From NCBI GenBank assembly GCA_965242965.1, contig OZ251518.1, positions 1,504,001 through 1,568,000 of the forward strand: a DNA stretch of 64,000 nucleotides, written 5' to 3'. The notes beneath the pieces were generated by a model, which was given only the letters and a program-made list of their open reading frames with translations, made no database searches and was not told the origin of the DNA. Below, piece after piece: positions 9,665-19,926 of the stretch; the stretch's first letter is position 1, and each line of letters opens with the position of its first letter. The DNA is from Candidatus Poribacteria bacterium. Its GTDB lineage: Bacteria > Poribacteria > WGA-4E > WGA-3G. The position numbers and the translations under genes were made by a program.

Positions 9665-10771
9665 ATGAAACATTTAACGCTTTTCGCACTATTTTTCGGG
9701 ATAATTACCGTTGGAAACATTGCCGCGCACTGGGACAGCCACCCGGCAATGTCCCCCGTTTTCTTAGCCACCGCGCACGACGAACTCACGACTGATGATA
9801 AAGTCAGCGGACAAGGCGCGCTGAAGTTCAAGGTGCTTTACACCCGCGCTCACTTTCCTCCCGAAGTCGCCGCCGCGATTGACAAGGCGCATGGTGGGTT
9901 TGATGTAGACAGGCGGTCCGGCAAGGGCGAAACTTACTTCGCGCTGCCCGATGTCGGCATCATCCAAATCAGTGCGGATTTGAAAACGACGCGCCTCATT
10001 GAAACGCCGCCGGCACTGAAAGCGGCAAACGCACACTATACCACCGTCTGGACAGCCACTGATGACACGCCTTACCTCTCATTTCCGGCGAACGATGTCG
10101 GAAGAGTGTTCACGACAACGCTAGATGGCGAACTCGTCCACACGCTAGAGGCACCCGACGCGATGACTGATTTTCAAGTGCAGGTGGTAAACACCTATTT
10201 CAGTGAGGGCGGCAAGTTCGTGCCGACAGGCGTAACGCACGTTGATGGCATGCTTTACGTCACCACCGGCTACTCGAAATTGGACTACATTTTAGGGGCA
10301 AAGATTACGAATCTGGAACCGTTTGCGGCGGCGTGGCATCCGTTGGCATTCGGCGGAAAAGGCGATGCACCGGGGCAATTCGGGACAGGACATCACGTTA
10401 CGGTGCCGCATGGGACAAATCGACTGGATATTGCAGACAGGGCGAATGCGGAAGTTGAACGATATTCCCCTGATGGAACGTATCTGGAGACGCTGCCGCT
10501 CATCAAAGGCTCTTTTCCGTGTAGCATTGATTATGAGGCAGGGTATGCCGTCGTTGCGTGCCTCTACGGCCCGGATAGAAACAAAGGCGCGCCGCTCTAT
10601 ATTTTGGAAGGCAACAACCTCGTCTCAACTATTATGCCTAAGGAGGAGCTCGGGGTGGAGACGTTTCAGCATCTGCACGGTGCCGTAATTCGGCAGATTA
10701 ATGACAAGTTCTATATCATCGCGCAATCGTGGAATCCGGGGGATATTGTCATTTTGGAGCAGGTGCAGTAG
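9665..10771 (+). CDS. secreted beta-propeller (NHL-repeat-like) protein
   Basis: Signal peptide; 'GGKGDAPGQFGTGH' and 'IADRANAEVERYSPDG' resemble NHL repeats. Confidence 0.7.
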   Translation: MKHLTLFALFFGIITVGNIAAHWDSHPAMSPVFLATAHDELTTDDKVSGQGALKFKVLYTRAHFPPEVAAAIDKAHGGFDVDRRSGKGETYFALPDVGIIQISADLKTTRLIETPPALKAANAHYTTVWTATDDTPYLSFPANDVGRVFTTTLDGELVHTLEAPDAMTDFQVQVVNTYFSEGGKFVPTGVTHVDGMLYVTTGYSKLDYILGAKITNLEPFAAAWHPLAFGGKGDAPGQFGTGHHVTVPHGTNRLDIADRANAEVERYSPDGTYLETLPLIKGSFPCSIDYEAGYAVVACLYGPDRNKGAPLYILEGNNLVSTIMPKEELGVETFQHLHGAVIRQINDKFYIIAQSWNPGDIVILEQVQ

Positions 10772-10804
10772 GGAGAATGAAAATGCAAACGCGGGAGACA
10801 GGCA

Positions 10805-11052
10805 GTAGGAGAGACCTCCCGGTTTCGATGCTGCTAGCCCTAACTATACGGTGTGCCTCTCCGAGAGGACAGGCGTGCCTGAGTTTGACCCGTTCGGGTG
10901 CAGGCGCACCCGAACTACAGCGGTGGGCCCGCTGCCTTCCCAGTAGGCGGGACATCCCTGTCCCGATACGAACCACATTGAGACCGGGCGGCAGAAATCG
11001 AGACCAGGAGGTCTCTCCTACGGGGAAGCCATCGAGATATGAAACACCCTCG
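10805..11052. repeat. REP cluster ending in an orphan right TIR
   Basis: Several GTAG hairpins; TATGAAACACCCTCG at 11038-11052; no left TIR visible. Confidence 0.75.
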
Positions 11053-11302
11053 GTTAAGAATCCTTCTGATTCGGCGTGAGATAGTTGCCAGTTATCAATC
11101 ACAACAAGCAGCCCACGCAAAGACGTTCTTAATAATCCTGTCTCCCGCGATATCAAACATGCCACCGAATACCGATGTTTGGTTTTGCTTGCGTGCCACA
11201 TAACCGTCCACGGTATCCAGGCGGAAGGCGCATCGGAATTGCTTGCTTTTTCAAACCTCATGTGTGTGCCCGCCCCACCGTCGGGACGGGCAGTTATCAA
11301 GG

Positions 11303-11566
11303 TTAGAGTTTCCACGCGTCAGCTTCGTGTTTGCTCTGTTTAGCATTGTTCAGGGCTTTCTCGTGCTGCTCTTCTATCTTTGAGAGTATAACCTGGGTTA
11401 TCTTCGCGTTAATTATACTTTCAAGAGCCTCTCTGTCACGGCAATGCAATACCTCAAGGTTGGCGTTGATACTCTCAGAGTTGATCTTGAAACGCTTGGC
11501 ACTAGAATCGTCCTTACTGTATGCCTGAGCATTCATGGTTATAGTGAGCTCAATGAATTCAACCAT
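11303..11566 (-). CDS. small orphan protein (87 aa) in an AT-richer patch
   Basis: GGAGGT RBS before ATG at 11566 (MVEFIELTIT...); no recognisable motif. Confidence 0.5.
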   Translation of the reverse strand: MVEFIELTITMNAQAYSKDDSSAKRFKINSESINANLEVLHCRDREALESIINAKITQVILSKIEEQHEKALNNAKQSKHEADAWKL

Positions 11567-11762
11567 TTTTTTACCTCCATTATGGTGGTGGGCATCGCGC
11601 TCTTTCAAAAATGAACATACATCAGGAAACGAGGTGTTCATTCTTTAATTATGCCACAAAATAAACCGAAATGCAAATTTTTTTGCATTTTCTGAGAATT
11701 ATCTGCGAATTCCATTGAAAACGCAAGTTTTCTCGCGGTTGCCTGAAAATTCAGAGTTAATC

Positions 11763-12399
11763 AGAGAGTGTTTCATAACTCGTTTTCCCGGTAGGAGAGA
11801 CCTCCCGGTCTCGATGTGAGCGGTGCCCCCGTAGGCACCCTCCCGCTCTCAATATCGTCCGCGCAATCCGACACTCGCGGGGGAAACCCGCTCGGATGCG
11901 CGTGTGGCATCCGAGGGCCCTCGCGCTACGGGAAAAAACGGCACTTCACCGTAGGGCGAGGGCCTGTCCCTCGCCATGCGTTTGGCGGGCAGACCTTCTC
12001 ACCTCTGTAGGTCAGGATCGGGCGATCTTGACCCGTTTGTGATCAGGCGATCACAAACTACAGAGAGGGGAGAACGGAAAAAACGTCTCTTGTTCTCTTC
12101 AGGTCTGTAGGACCTGAATGTCTATAGCACGTGCAGACGCGAAGAATCCTAAGGGCCTTTAGGTCCTTAATGTGTTTTACCGTGCCGCGTGTTTTCTTAT
12201 TAAGGACCTAAAGGACCTTGAAAACGGGCCGACACATGCTGCTATAGACATGTAGGACCTAAAGGACCTAAAACGCCTCGGGACGATAGAGTTCGCGAGG
12301 GACAGGCAACCCCGCCCTACGATAAAAATAATGGCTTCTTTTTATCGAGACCAGGAGGTCTCTCCTACTGGGAAGCCATCGAAATATGAAATACCCTCA
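11763..12399. mobile_element. MITE-like REP cassette 2 (imperfect TSD GTTAATC/ATTAATC)
   Basis: AGAGAGTGTTTCATA ... TATGAAATACCCTCA; mosaic of five or more hairpin types inside. Confidence 0.7.
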
Positions 12400-12477
12400 A
12401 TTAATCTCTAGAGTTCAAGCTCGCTGATCCCGAACATCCCGAGGCCTGACGAAATTGGCCTACAGACGCGTGGCCGC

Positions 12478-14157
12478 CTAAAATTCCGGCGATAGACGCA
12501 TCAGACTATTCCGACGCGGCACATACAGATACGCCGCCCTACCCGTGAAATACTGCGAGTAAACCTGTTGCCAATTGCTGTTCGTCAGTTTCCAGTGAGG
12601 GGCAGGCCCCAGTTTAAAATAGACAATGTCCGCCTCTTGCAGGTTCTGAAACGGATAGTCGCCGATCGGCGCGCCGCGGTGCTCCGCAACGAAAATAACG
12701 GCGTTGTGGATATCGCGTTCGGCTACCATCGGCGGCAGTTTCTGATATACGGCACCCCAATTTTGATACACATGCCCGATGCGGACATAACTCCACGCGG
12801 TATTGACGCTGAGTAGGAGAAGCACGACACTCGCCGCTATAATCAACGGCTTCGTCTGTTTGATTCGCTCATAGACGATGAGCATCCCGCGCGCCACCAG
12901 CGGAATGAAGGCGAGCAGCGTCGTTTCAGTGTAATAACGCGCATTAACCGGTGTGAAACCCCACGTTGAACCTTCAAAATAGAAGAAGGCGTAAAGCAAC
13001 AAATTGCCTACGATGAGCGCGAGGCAGAGCCAATCGTATCGGTTGCGCGAGATGCCTTCTTCTGTAAAACGGGGACGCTTGTTCCCGTTGCTGAAAAACG
13101 GCAGCAATGCGAGGCACCACGGGAACAGTAATGGCACGAACGCGACAATGAAACCGAAGAATGAGTATCCCGATTCTCCTGTCAGTAACCGGTGGTGATA
13201 CCCACCCCAACCGAGTGCGTTGAAACTGATGCACGGTAGGATGTGTTTCCACGTCCTCTCAATTGCCCATGCCGGTGTGAAATCGAAAGCGTTTTCGAGG
13301 TTCGGTTCATAACCTTCCATCCGTTTGCCGAACCCGATTTTGTCGTAGGGTTGCGCCACGGTGTGCGTAAACATAAATGCGTCGCCGGTGAAATGCGCGT
13401 TCCACGCCATGCACACACCTACCATGAGAAAAAAGGGAATTAAGAAAACGCCGAGTCGTGTGATGAGTGGGCGAAACTCTTGTGCTTCCGTGCGCGCTTT
13501 TACAAGATGATAGAGTGCCAGCCCTCCTCCCACCACGCCGAACACCACTGCCGAGAGGGGCCGCGTATTGAAAGCGTATCCCAAAGCAAACCCCGACAAG
13601 ATCGGATACCCGAACCCCAGTAGGCGCGCTTTGGAAGTTCGCGTTCCGTTCAACGTCTTAATCAACGCGAACAGATAAAGCGCGAGGAAAAACCGACTCA
13701 CCGGCTCACTAAACCACGTCGCGCCCATCCCTAGTGTTGCCGGCGATATGAGCCCTAGCACTACGGCGATAAGTGCAACCGTTTTTCCAACAGGCGCGCC
13801 CTCCCGTTTTTGATACATCTCTTTCACGAGGAGATACAACAAAAACAGCGCGCCTCCTGTCGCCAGCGCGGGGATAAGCCAAGGCGCATTAAGCAACACG
13901 CCGAATGTCAACATCAACGCATTGCCGAACGGATATTTTGAATACCATTTGCCGTTCAGAATGTTAATGTGTGGCGATGACGAAAATCCGTGTTCTGGCG
14001 GTGCCGGCACCGAAAGTTTCCCTTCCGCGAACAACTTCGCCTGAAATAGATAGGATACGGTGTCCGGCTCAAAGTAGGAGAAATGAAAATAGATGCCGCT
14101 TAAAAGCACCGACAGCAGCACGCCGAGTATGGAAATGATAAGAACAAGTTTGCGCAT
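12478..14157 (-). CDS. polytopic membrane glycosyltransferase (GT-C, ArnT/PMT-like)
   Basis: True start likely MRKLVLII at 14157; the upstream ORF extension is repeat-derived. 'EPDTVSYLFQAK', 'SKYPFG', about 11 TM segments, 'ARYY'. Confidence 0.7.
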   Translation of the reverse strand: MRKLVLIISILGVLLSVLLSGIYFHFSYFEPDTVSYLFQAKLFAEGKLSVPAPPEHGFSSSPHINILNGKWYSKYPFGNALMLTFGVLLNAPWLIPALATGGALFLLYLLVKEMYQKREGAPVGKTVALIAVVLGLISPATLGMGATWFSEPVSRFFLALYLFALIKTLNGTRTSKARLLGFGYPILSGFALGYAFNTRPLSAVVFGVVGGGLALYHLVKARTEAQEFRPLITRLGVFLIPFFLMVGVCMAWNAHFTGDAFMFTHTVAQPYDKIGFGKRMEGYEPNLENAFDFTPAWAIERTWKHILPCISFNALGWGGYHHRLLTGESGYSFFGFIVAFVPLLFPWCLALLPFFSNGNKRPRFTEEGISRNRYDWLCLALIVGNLLLYAFFYFEGSTWGFTPVNARYYTETTLLAFIPLVARGMLIVYERIKQTKPLIIAASVVLLLLSVNTAWSYVRIGHVYQNWGAVYQKLPPMVAERDIHNAVIFVAEHRGAPIGDYPFQNLQEADIVYFKLGPAPHWKLTNSNWQQVYSQYFTGRAAYLYVPRRNSLMRLSPEF

Positions 14158-14199
14158 GTTACGTGTCCTCTGACGAAAAAATGCCTCTTCTCTCGGAGC

Positions 14200-14623
14200 A
14201 GTTCGCGGGGGACAGGCCCCCGCGCTACGGTGCGCGGGCCCCTTTGGCCCGTAGGGCGAGGGCCTGTCCCTCGCCATGCTGCGTTCGCGAGGGAGGTACC
14301 TCGCCAAACAACGTTCGCGGGGGACAGGCCCCCGCGCTACGGGACGCGGGCCCCTTTGTATCGTAGGGCGAGGGCCTGTCCCTCGCCATGCTGCGTTCGC
14401 GAGGGAGGTACCTCGCCAAACAACGATCGCGGGGGACAGGCACCCGCGCTACGGTGCGCGGGCCCCTTTGTATCGTAGGGCTTGGGCCCTCGGATGCCAC
14501 ACGCGCATGCGAGCGGGTTCCCCTCGCCATGCAACGATCGCGAGGGAGGTACCTCGCCAAACAACGATCGCGGGGGACAGGCCCCCGCGCTACGGTACGC
14601 GGGCCCCATCTGTCCCTCGCCAT
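14200..14623. repeat. tandem REP array (about 120-bp higher-order units)
   Basis: Repeated unit GTAGGGCGAGGG...CGAGGGAGGTACCTCGCCAAACAACG...GGGGGACAGGCCCCCGCGCTAC, three copies. Confidence 0.9.
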
Positions 14624-14628
14624 GCTTA

Positions 14629-16233
14629 TCACTTACCCAATTTATCGAACAACGAATCCTGCATGGGTTTGCCTGTCCACGGATTGGACAAGGCAGGCAG
14701 TTGCAATTGCGCGCGGTTTGCATAGAAGTCCGCCACCGAGAAAAACTGCAACCGCGGATATTCGCTTACCCCCATTTTGAGCGGTGCAAGCGATGCCGCC
14801 TCCCGCAAATCTTTCGGCGAGTTGTGCGGTGTCATCGTGATGAAAATGCCCATCGCCGCGTTCACTTTGTCCATCGTCCAGATGAAACTGGTGACATCGT
14901 TAGGGCCGACGCGCCCACTCTTCACCTGAATGACAATGGCGCGCGAGTCGAAATTGTCGGGCGCGTGCGTCAGCAAGCCGAATCCATCAATGCCGCCATC
15001 GCCGGATTTTTTGGCGTTGGAGGCAAACCCTTTGATAAGCGAGATGGCCCAATCCTGGAACTTATAGCGGCTTTCCAGTGCGAGGCGTTTGGCACTCGCC
15101 AGGTCGGTCGGGGTGCCGGTGATTTTCAGGGGTGCGATGCCCTTGTTCTGTGTGAGGCGTTCGGTGTTGATAATATCTAACGCGCTGGGCAACACATCAA
15201 TGCCGATGACATCGCGGCCGAGGGTGCGTGCAGCTTCAATCGTGGTGCCGCAGCCACAAAACGGATCGAGGACGAGGTCACCGGGTTTAGAGGAGGCGTT
15301 GATGATGCGTTCCAGCAATGCCAGCGGCTTCTGCGTCGGGTAGCCGAGGAATTCTTTGCCGCGGCAAGGCGAAATATCTGCCCACAGGTTATCAACCTGT
15401 TTCCCCTTGTCTTCCTCCATGTAACGAATACGATAGGGTGTCCCGGTTTTGCTAAAATAGACGCGCCCCTCTTGGAAAAGCCGCTCAACGTTTTCCTTCG
15501 TTGTCATCCACCCGCTCGGATATGGATTCTCATACCCGCGCCATTCATAACAGAGATTCGGCCGGGCATCGTGAGCCGGACGACACCAGAATGAGGTTAA
15601 CGCAAAACGTCTCCCTTGTTCGTCAATCTTCGGGTAGCGTTTTTCGGCATCCGGGTCTGGTTCATAACTGCCGTTAAATGCATGCTTGGGCATCGCGTAA
15701 AAGAAGATAGTATCCGTGCTTGCACCGAATTTCTTCGGTTTATGCTGACTGCCTTTTCCACCACCGCCGGTGCGGTGCCAGACAATCTCATTCCTGAAGT
15801 TCGCCGCGCCAAAGACGACATCCATCAGGATTTTGAGATAATGCGATGCAGTTGAATCACAGTGGAGGTAAATCGCACCTGTCGGCTTCAGGATGCGATG
15901 CATCTCCATCAACCGTTCTGCCATGTAACTCGTATAGGCGAGCATCTTGCTGTTGGGAATGAACAACTCAAACCCGGCGATGACTTGCGAAATCGGGTTC
16001 GCAATTGCCGAGGTGAGTCGGGCGACGCGGGCGGTGGCGGCTTCATCCCACCGCCACATATCATCAAACGCTTTGATCTGCGCGTCAATGTTCAGCCCAC
16101 TCTTCTTAAAAGGTGAGCTGTATCGTTCATTAGAATTAAACGGCGGATCGAGACAGATGATGTCAACGGTGTTATCGTCCCACTGTTGCATGACATTGAG
16201 GCAATCGCCGTAATAGAGGGTGTTGCGTTCCAT
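14629..16233 (-). CDS. beta-class N4/N6 DNA methyltransferase fused to a C-terminal Mrr-like endonuclease domain
   Basis: DPPF catalytic motif, YPTQKP, LDPFCGCGTT SAM motif; C-terminal DGGIDG...VIQVKSG. Confidence 0.85.
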   Translation of the reverse strand: MERNTLYYGDCLNVMQQWDDNTVDIICLDPPFNSNERYSSPFKKSGLNIDAQIKAFDDMWRWDEAATARVARLTSAIANPISQVIAGFELFIPNSKMLAYTSYMAERLMEMHRILKPTGAIYLHCDSTASHYLKILMDVVFGAANFRNEIVWHRTGGGGKGSQHKPKKFGASTDTIFFYAMPKHAFNGSYEPDPDAEKRYPKIDEQGRRFALTSFWCRPAHDARPNLCYEWRGYENPYPSGWMTTKENVERLFQEGRVYFSKTGTPYRIRYMEEDKGKQVDNLWADISPCRGKEFLGYPTQKPLALLERIINASSKPGDLVLDPFCGCGTTIEAARTLGRDVIGIDVLPSALDIINTERLTQNKGIAPLKITGTPTDLASAKRLALESRYKFQDWAISLIKGFASNAKKSGDGGIDGFGLLTHAPDNFDSRAIVIQVKSGRVGPNDVTSFIWTMDKVNAAMGIFITMTPHNSPKDLREAASLAPLKMGVSEYPRLQFFSVADFYANRAQLQLPALSNPWTGKPMQDSLFDKLGK

Positions 16234-16294
16234 AGTTTGTCCCAGGTTAGAGTTCCTGTTCTCTAGCAATCTGCAAGAGTTGCCGTAGGTTTAA

Positions 16295-16674
16295 AGAGGG
16301 TGTTTCATAAATCGCTCAACGTCGCGGGGACAGGCCCCCGCGCTACGGTGCGCGGGCCCCTTTGTATCGTAGGGCGAGGGCCTGTCCCTCGCCATGCAAC
16401 GATCGCGGGGGACAGGCCCCCGCGCTACGGTAAAAAACGGCCTCCTTCACCGTAACTGCGGTGAAAAAACGCCGCCCCTTCATCGTAGGGCGAGGGCTTG
16501 TCCCTCGCCATCGTTCGCGCTACGGAAAAACGTCTCTTGTTCTCTTCAGGTCCTAAAAGACCTAAAACGCCACTTCTTGGCGATGGAGCTCGCGGGGGAC
16601 AGGCCCCCGCGCTACGGGAACATCGAAACCCGAGATCTCTCCTACCGAACACATCGAATTATGAAACACTCTCA
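16295..16674. mobile_element. MITE-like REP cassette 3 (TSD GTTTAA)
   Basis: AGAGGGTGTTTCATA ... TATGAAACACTCTCA; GTTTAA on both flanks. Confidence 0.8.
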
Positions 16675-16694
16675 GTTTAACCCTCCCAAGAGCT

Positions 16695-17243
16695 TCATGC
16701 ACTCGGCATTTGGTTCTGTTTGAGAGCCGTCAATTCCTTTTGCATCGCTTCAAGTTGGCGTTGCTGTGCGCTTGCCGCTTCTTGCAGTTCCTTGATTTCG
16801 CGCTGTTGCACCGCAATTTTCTCTGCCTGTTCGCGTTCGTTTTTCCGCTGCTGCAAGTAAGGCAGCCCGAGGATAGCACCGAACAATCCTATCAGTGCCA
16901 GCACCAACAGGAAGTTCCAGTTGAGTTGCTCTTTGACGGCGTTGATACTAATGCCGGTTTTTGCGGTTTCTTGGGCGGGGAACTCGTTGCTCCGTTCTTC
17001 GGATGCAACGATGTCCTTACTCAGCTGTTCTTCGGATGCGACGATTTCTGCCTTCAGTCGCTTTTCGGATGCGATGATTTCCGCCTTCAGTCGCTTTTCG
17101 ACAGCAGCGAGTTCCGTGCGCACTTCTGTTGAGGATTCCTTGATAATCGCGCGGATTTTCTCGAATTCTTCTAGGCTTATCTCCCCGAGCGCCGCTGTGT
17201 TAACAAGCAAAAGTCCGAGGATAAAGAGCAGTCCTAATTTCAT
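16695..17243 (-). CDS. coiled-coil protein with signal peptide and internal TM helix
   Basis: Signal peptide; 11-aa repeats (AEIIASEKRLK); TM 'FLLVLALIGLFGAILGLPYL'; C-terminal coiled coil. Confidence 0.75.
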   Translation of the reverse strand: MKLGLLFILGLLLVNTAALGEISLEEFEKIRAIIKESSTEVRTELAAVEKRLKAEIIASEKRLKAEIVASEEQLSKDIVASEERSNEFPAQETAKTGISINAVKEQLNWNFLLVLALIGLFGAILGLPYLQQRKNEREQAEKIAVQQREIKELQEAASAQQRQLEAMQKELTALKQNQMPSA

Positions 17244-17357
17244 GATAATCTGACCCTCCAAAAACAAGGCATATCGTTGCCTTGGTTTTCATATCTGTTG
17301 ATTTGATTTGGCTTGCACGGGCGGCTCTAGCCATCCGCCCTTACAAGCCTCGTAACG

Positions 17358-17897
17358 TTACGACGGCGTGGTGTCCGGAGCCGGTTTACCTTGCCCTGTG
17401 ACAATGCCCAATTTGAGACGTTCTATCTCCGCTTGCAGTGCCACAATTGTCTTTTTCTGCGACGTAATCTTTTTGTTATCCTCGCGACGCGCATCCCACT
17501 GCTGCTTGAGCATCCACAGTAGGAACGTCACCAGAAATCCTGCCACAAGCAACAGGGTGTTCGTCTGCGAACTCAGTCGCGATTCCAGAGAGGCAATCCA
17601 ATTTCCCTGATCGGATATCCGGTCTCCTTGGACGCTGACCGCGCCTTTCAATTCGCTTACTTCGTTTTTCACAGCGGCGAGTTCCGTTTTCACCGCTGCG
17701 ACCTCGGTTTTCAACACTTGGACCTCGGTTTTCACCGCTGCGACCTCGGCCGTCAGTTCGTTGAGTTCCTTTATCACCGGTGCCAGGGCGGTGTTCATCA
17801 TTTGTTCCACCCTTTTGAAATCCGCGTCGGAAAGTGCGCCGAACGCCGGTGCCTGTTGGATAGCCAACGCCACGAGCAGAACCACAATGACTTTCAT
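17358..17897 (-). CDS. coiled-coil protein with signal peptide and internal TM helix (same architecture as its neighbour)
   Basis: AGGAGG RBS; heptad repeats EVAAVKT; TM 'LLLVAGFLVTFLLWML'. Confidence 0.75.
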   Translation of the reverse strand: MKVIVVLLVALAIQQAPAFGALSDADFKRVEQMMNTALAPVIKELNELTAEVAAVKTEVQVLKTEVAAVKTELAAVKNEVSELKGAVSVQGDRISDQGNWIASLESRLSSQTNTLLLVAGFLVTFLLWMLKQQWDARREDNKKITSQKKTIVALQAEIERLKLGIVTGQGKPAPDTTPS

Positions 17898-18061
17898 GTT
17901 CTCTTCCTCCTTTTGATATAAACGATAACCTTTTCCGCAAACGCAATCGTTTTAGACACTGAAAACTTCGCGCTTGACATTTTTTGTGAATATGATAACA
18001 TATCCACAAAAAATAGGATACCATAATTCGCGTTGGATTTGCAACGCGGGAGGAATAATTC

Positions 18062-19330
18062 ATGAATTTAACACGTCAACCCCCACGCCGCCCGACGAAC
18101 CTCGGCATCGCCGGGATTGTCGGCGCGGCACGAATGACGGATAAGGCACGCGCCGCAAACGAGGAAACCCTCGGCGACTATATCTACGGCGAAAGTTCTG
18201 GCTTGGACCAGCGCGTCTTAAGTTTTCTCGGCATCTCCGCTGATGTCTTCGCTGATGCTGTGAAAGAACACGACGATGCCACCCTCAGCGACTGGGTGCT
18301 GGAGACGAGCGGGAAAACGGCAGCGGAAATCGCGGTATTTAACGAGGAGAGGCTCACTCACATGCCGGATAGCGATGGGCACAAACGGCGACTGCAGGAA
18401 CGCATCGCCCGGTTTGCACCGGGGCGCACCGACGTTAAGACGCTGCTCCAGTCCATGGAATTGGACGATTGGGGTAGTTTCTGGCAGGTAACTCTCACCG
18501 AGCGGCCCCCGCGCAGCGCGCGGGCGAAGGACATCGGCGGTATCTGTGGTGTCGCACGCATGGCAGACAAAGCACGCGCCGAACGCGCCGGCAAAATCGG
18601 TGAGTATATCTACGGCGACGCTTCCGGACAAGATGTCCGCATCTTGAAGTTCCTCGGCATCTCTGCCGCAGATTTTCAGGAAGCCGCCGTTAACAACCCG
18701 AATAACCTTGAACTCGGTGAATGGGTTTTGGAAAACAGTGGGAAATCAGCGGCGGAGATCGACGCGTTCAATCACACGTTAGTCAACTACGCGCCTAACG
18801 ATGAGACGCGCCAACGCTTTGAATCGCGCTGCAGCGAAGTCGGCGTAAGTCCGACGGAGATTACCACCTGGGTCGCGCTTCAAGACGTTGACGATGAACG
18901 TAGTTTCGGCATCGTCGATTTGGAACGCCACGCGCCGCGCAGTCCGTTCAACACCGATATTTGCGGCATCGTTCACGTCGCGCGAATGGTGGACAAAGGG
19001 CGCGCAACGAACTCAGACTCGTTGGGACTTTACTATTACGGCGCGGATTCTGGGATGGACCGGGTCGCGCTAGAATTCCTTGGCCTCACGCCTGATGCCT
19101 TCGCGGACGCACTCAAAACGCTGCCAACCGATGCCGAGGTTGACGCATGGCTGCGGGAAAACTATCCGAAGGACGAGGCAGACATTGCGGCACATAACGA
19201 ACGACTCCTTCAAGCCGGGCCGCGCTCGGAAAGGGAGTGGGCATTTGTCAAGAATATGCTCGGGCACACGGATGCCAAGACGTGGTTTGAATTCGCGGTG
19301 ATTGATGATGAGAGGACCTTCGCGATTTAG
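18062..19330 (+). CDS. triple tandem DUF5069-like domain protein
   Basis: Three copies of PRS...GI.GVARM.DK(A/G)RA...G.Y.YG..SG.D...L.FLG; GGAGG RBS. Confidence 0.75.
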   Translation: MNLTRQPPRRPTNLGIAGIVGAARMTDKARAANEETLGDYIYGESSGLDQRVLSFLGISADVFADAVKEHDDATLSDWVLETSGKTAAEIAVFNEERLTHMPDSDGHKRRLQERIARFAPGRTDVKTLLQSMELDDWGSFWQVTLTERPPRSARAKDIGGICGVARMADKARAERAGKIGEYIYGDASGQDVRILKFLGISAADFQEAAVNNPNNLELGEWVLENSGKSAAEIDAFNHTLVNYAPNDETRQRFESRCSEVGVSPTEITTWVALQDVDDERSFGIVDLERHAPRSPFNTDICGIVHVARMVDKGRATNSDSLGLYYYGADSGMDRVALEFLGLTPDAFADALKTLPTDAEVDAWLRENYPKDEADIAAHNERLLQAGPRSEREWAFVKNMLGHTDAKTWFEFAVIDDERTFAI

Positions 19331-19339
19331 TGTGATGCT

Positions 19340-19925
19340 CGCGAGGGACAGACCCGTTTGTGATCAGGCGATCACAAACTACAGAGGGGAGGTCTCCTAC
19401 ATTCGCGGGGGACAGGCCCCCGCGATGCGGTAGGAGAAAGCCATTCCCTTCACCGTAGGGCGAGGGCCCTCGCATGCCACACGCGCATGCGAGAGGGTTC
19501 CCCTCGCCATGCCAACGATCGCGGGGGCCTGTCCCTCGCGCTGCGGCATCCGAAAGCCGCCTCCTTCACCGTAGGGCGAGGGCCTGTCCCTCGCCATGCA
19601 ACGATCGCGGGGGACAGGCCCCCGCGCTACGGGCAACAAAAACGGTTTTCGTTTACGTAGGGCGAGGGCCTGTCCCTCGCCATGCTGACGCGCTACGATG
19701 AAAAACGGCGCGCGGGCTTTTCATGTCCGTAGGACCTAAGAGCCCATCGTGACAATAGCGATCGCGGGGGACAGGCCCCCGCGCTACGGTGAAAGGGCAA
19801 GCTCTGTAGTTTGTGATCGCCTGATCACAAACGGGGGACAGGCCCCCGCGCTACGGTGCTAGGGGGCATCGAGACCGGGAGGTCTCTCCTACCGGGAGCA
19901 ATTGATACCCGGAGGGCTCTCCTAC
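19340..19925. repeat. REP cluster between convergent genes
   Basis: About 12 GTAG hairpins of several families. Confidence 0.9.
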
Positions 19926-19926
19926 C

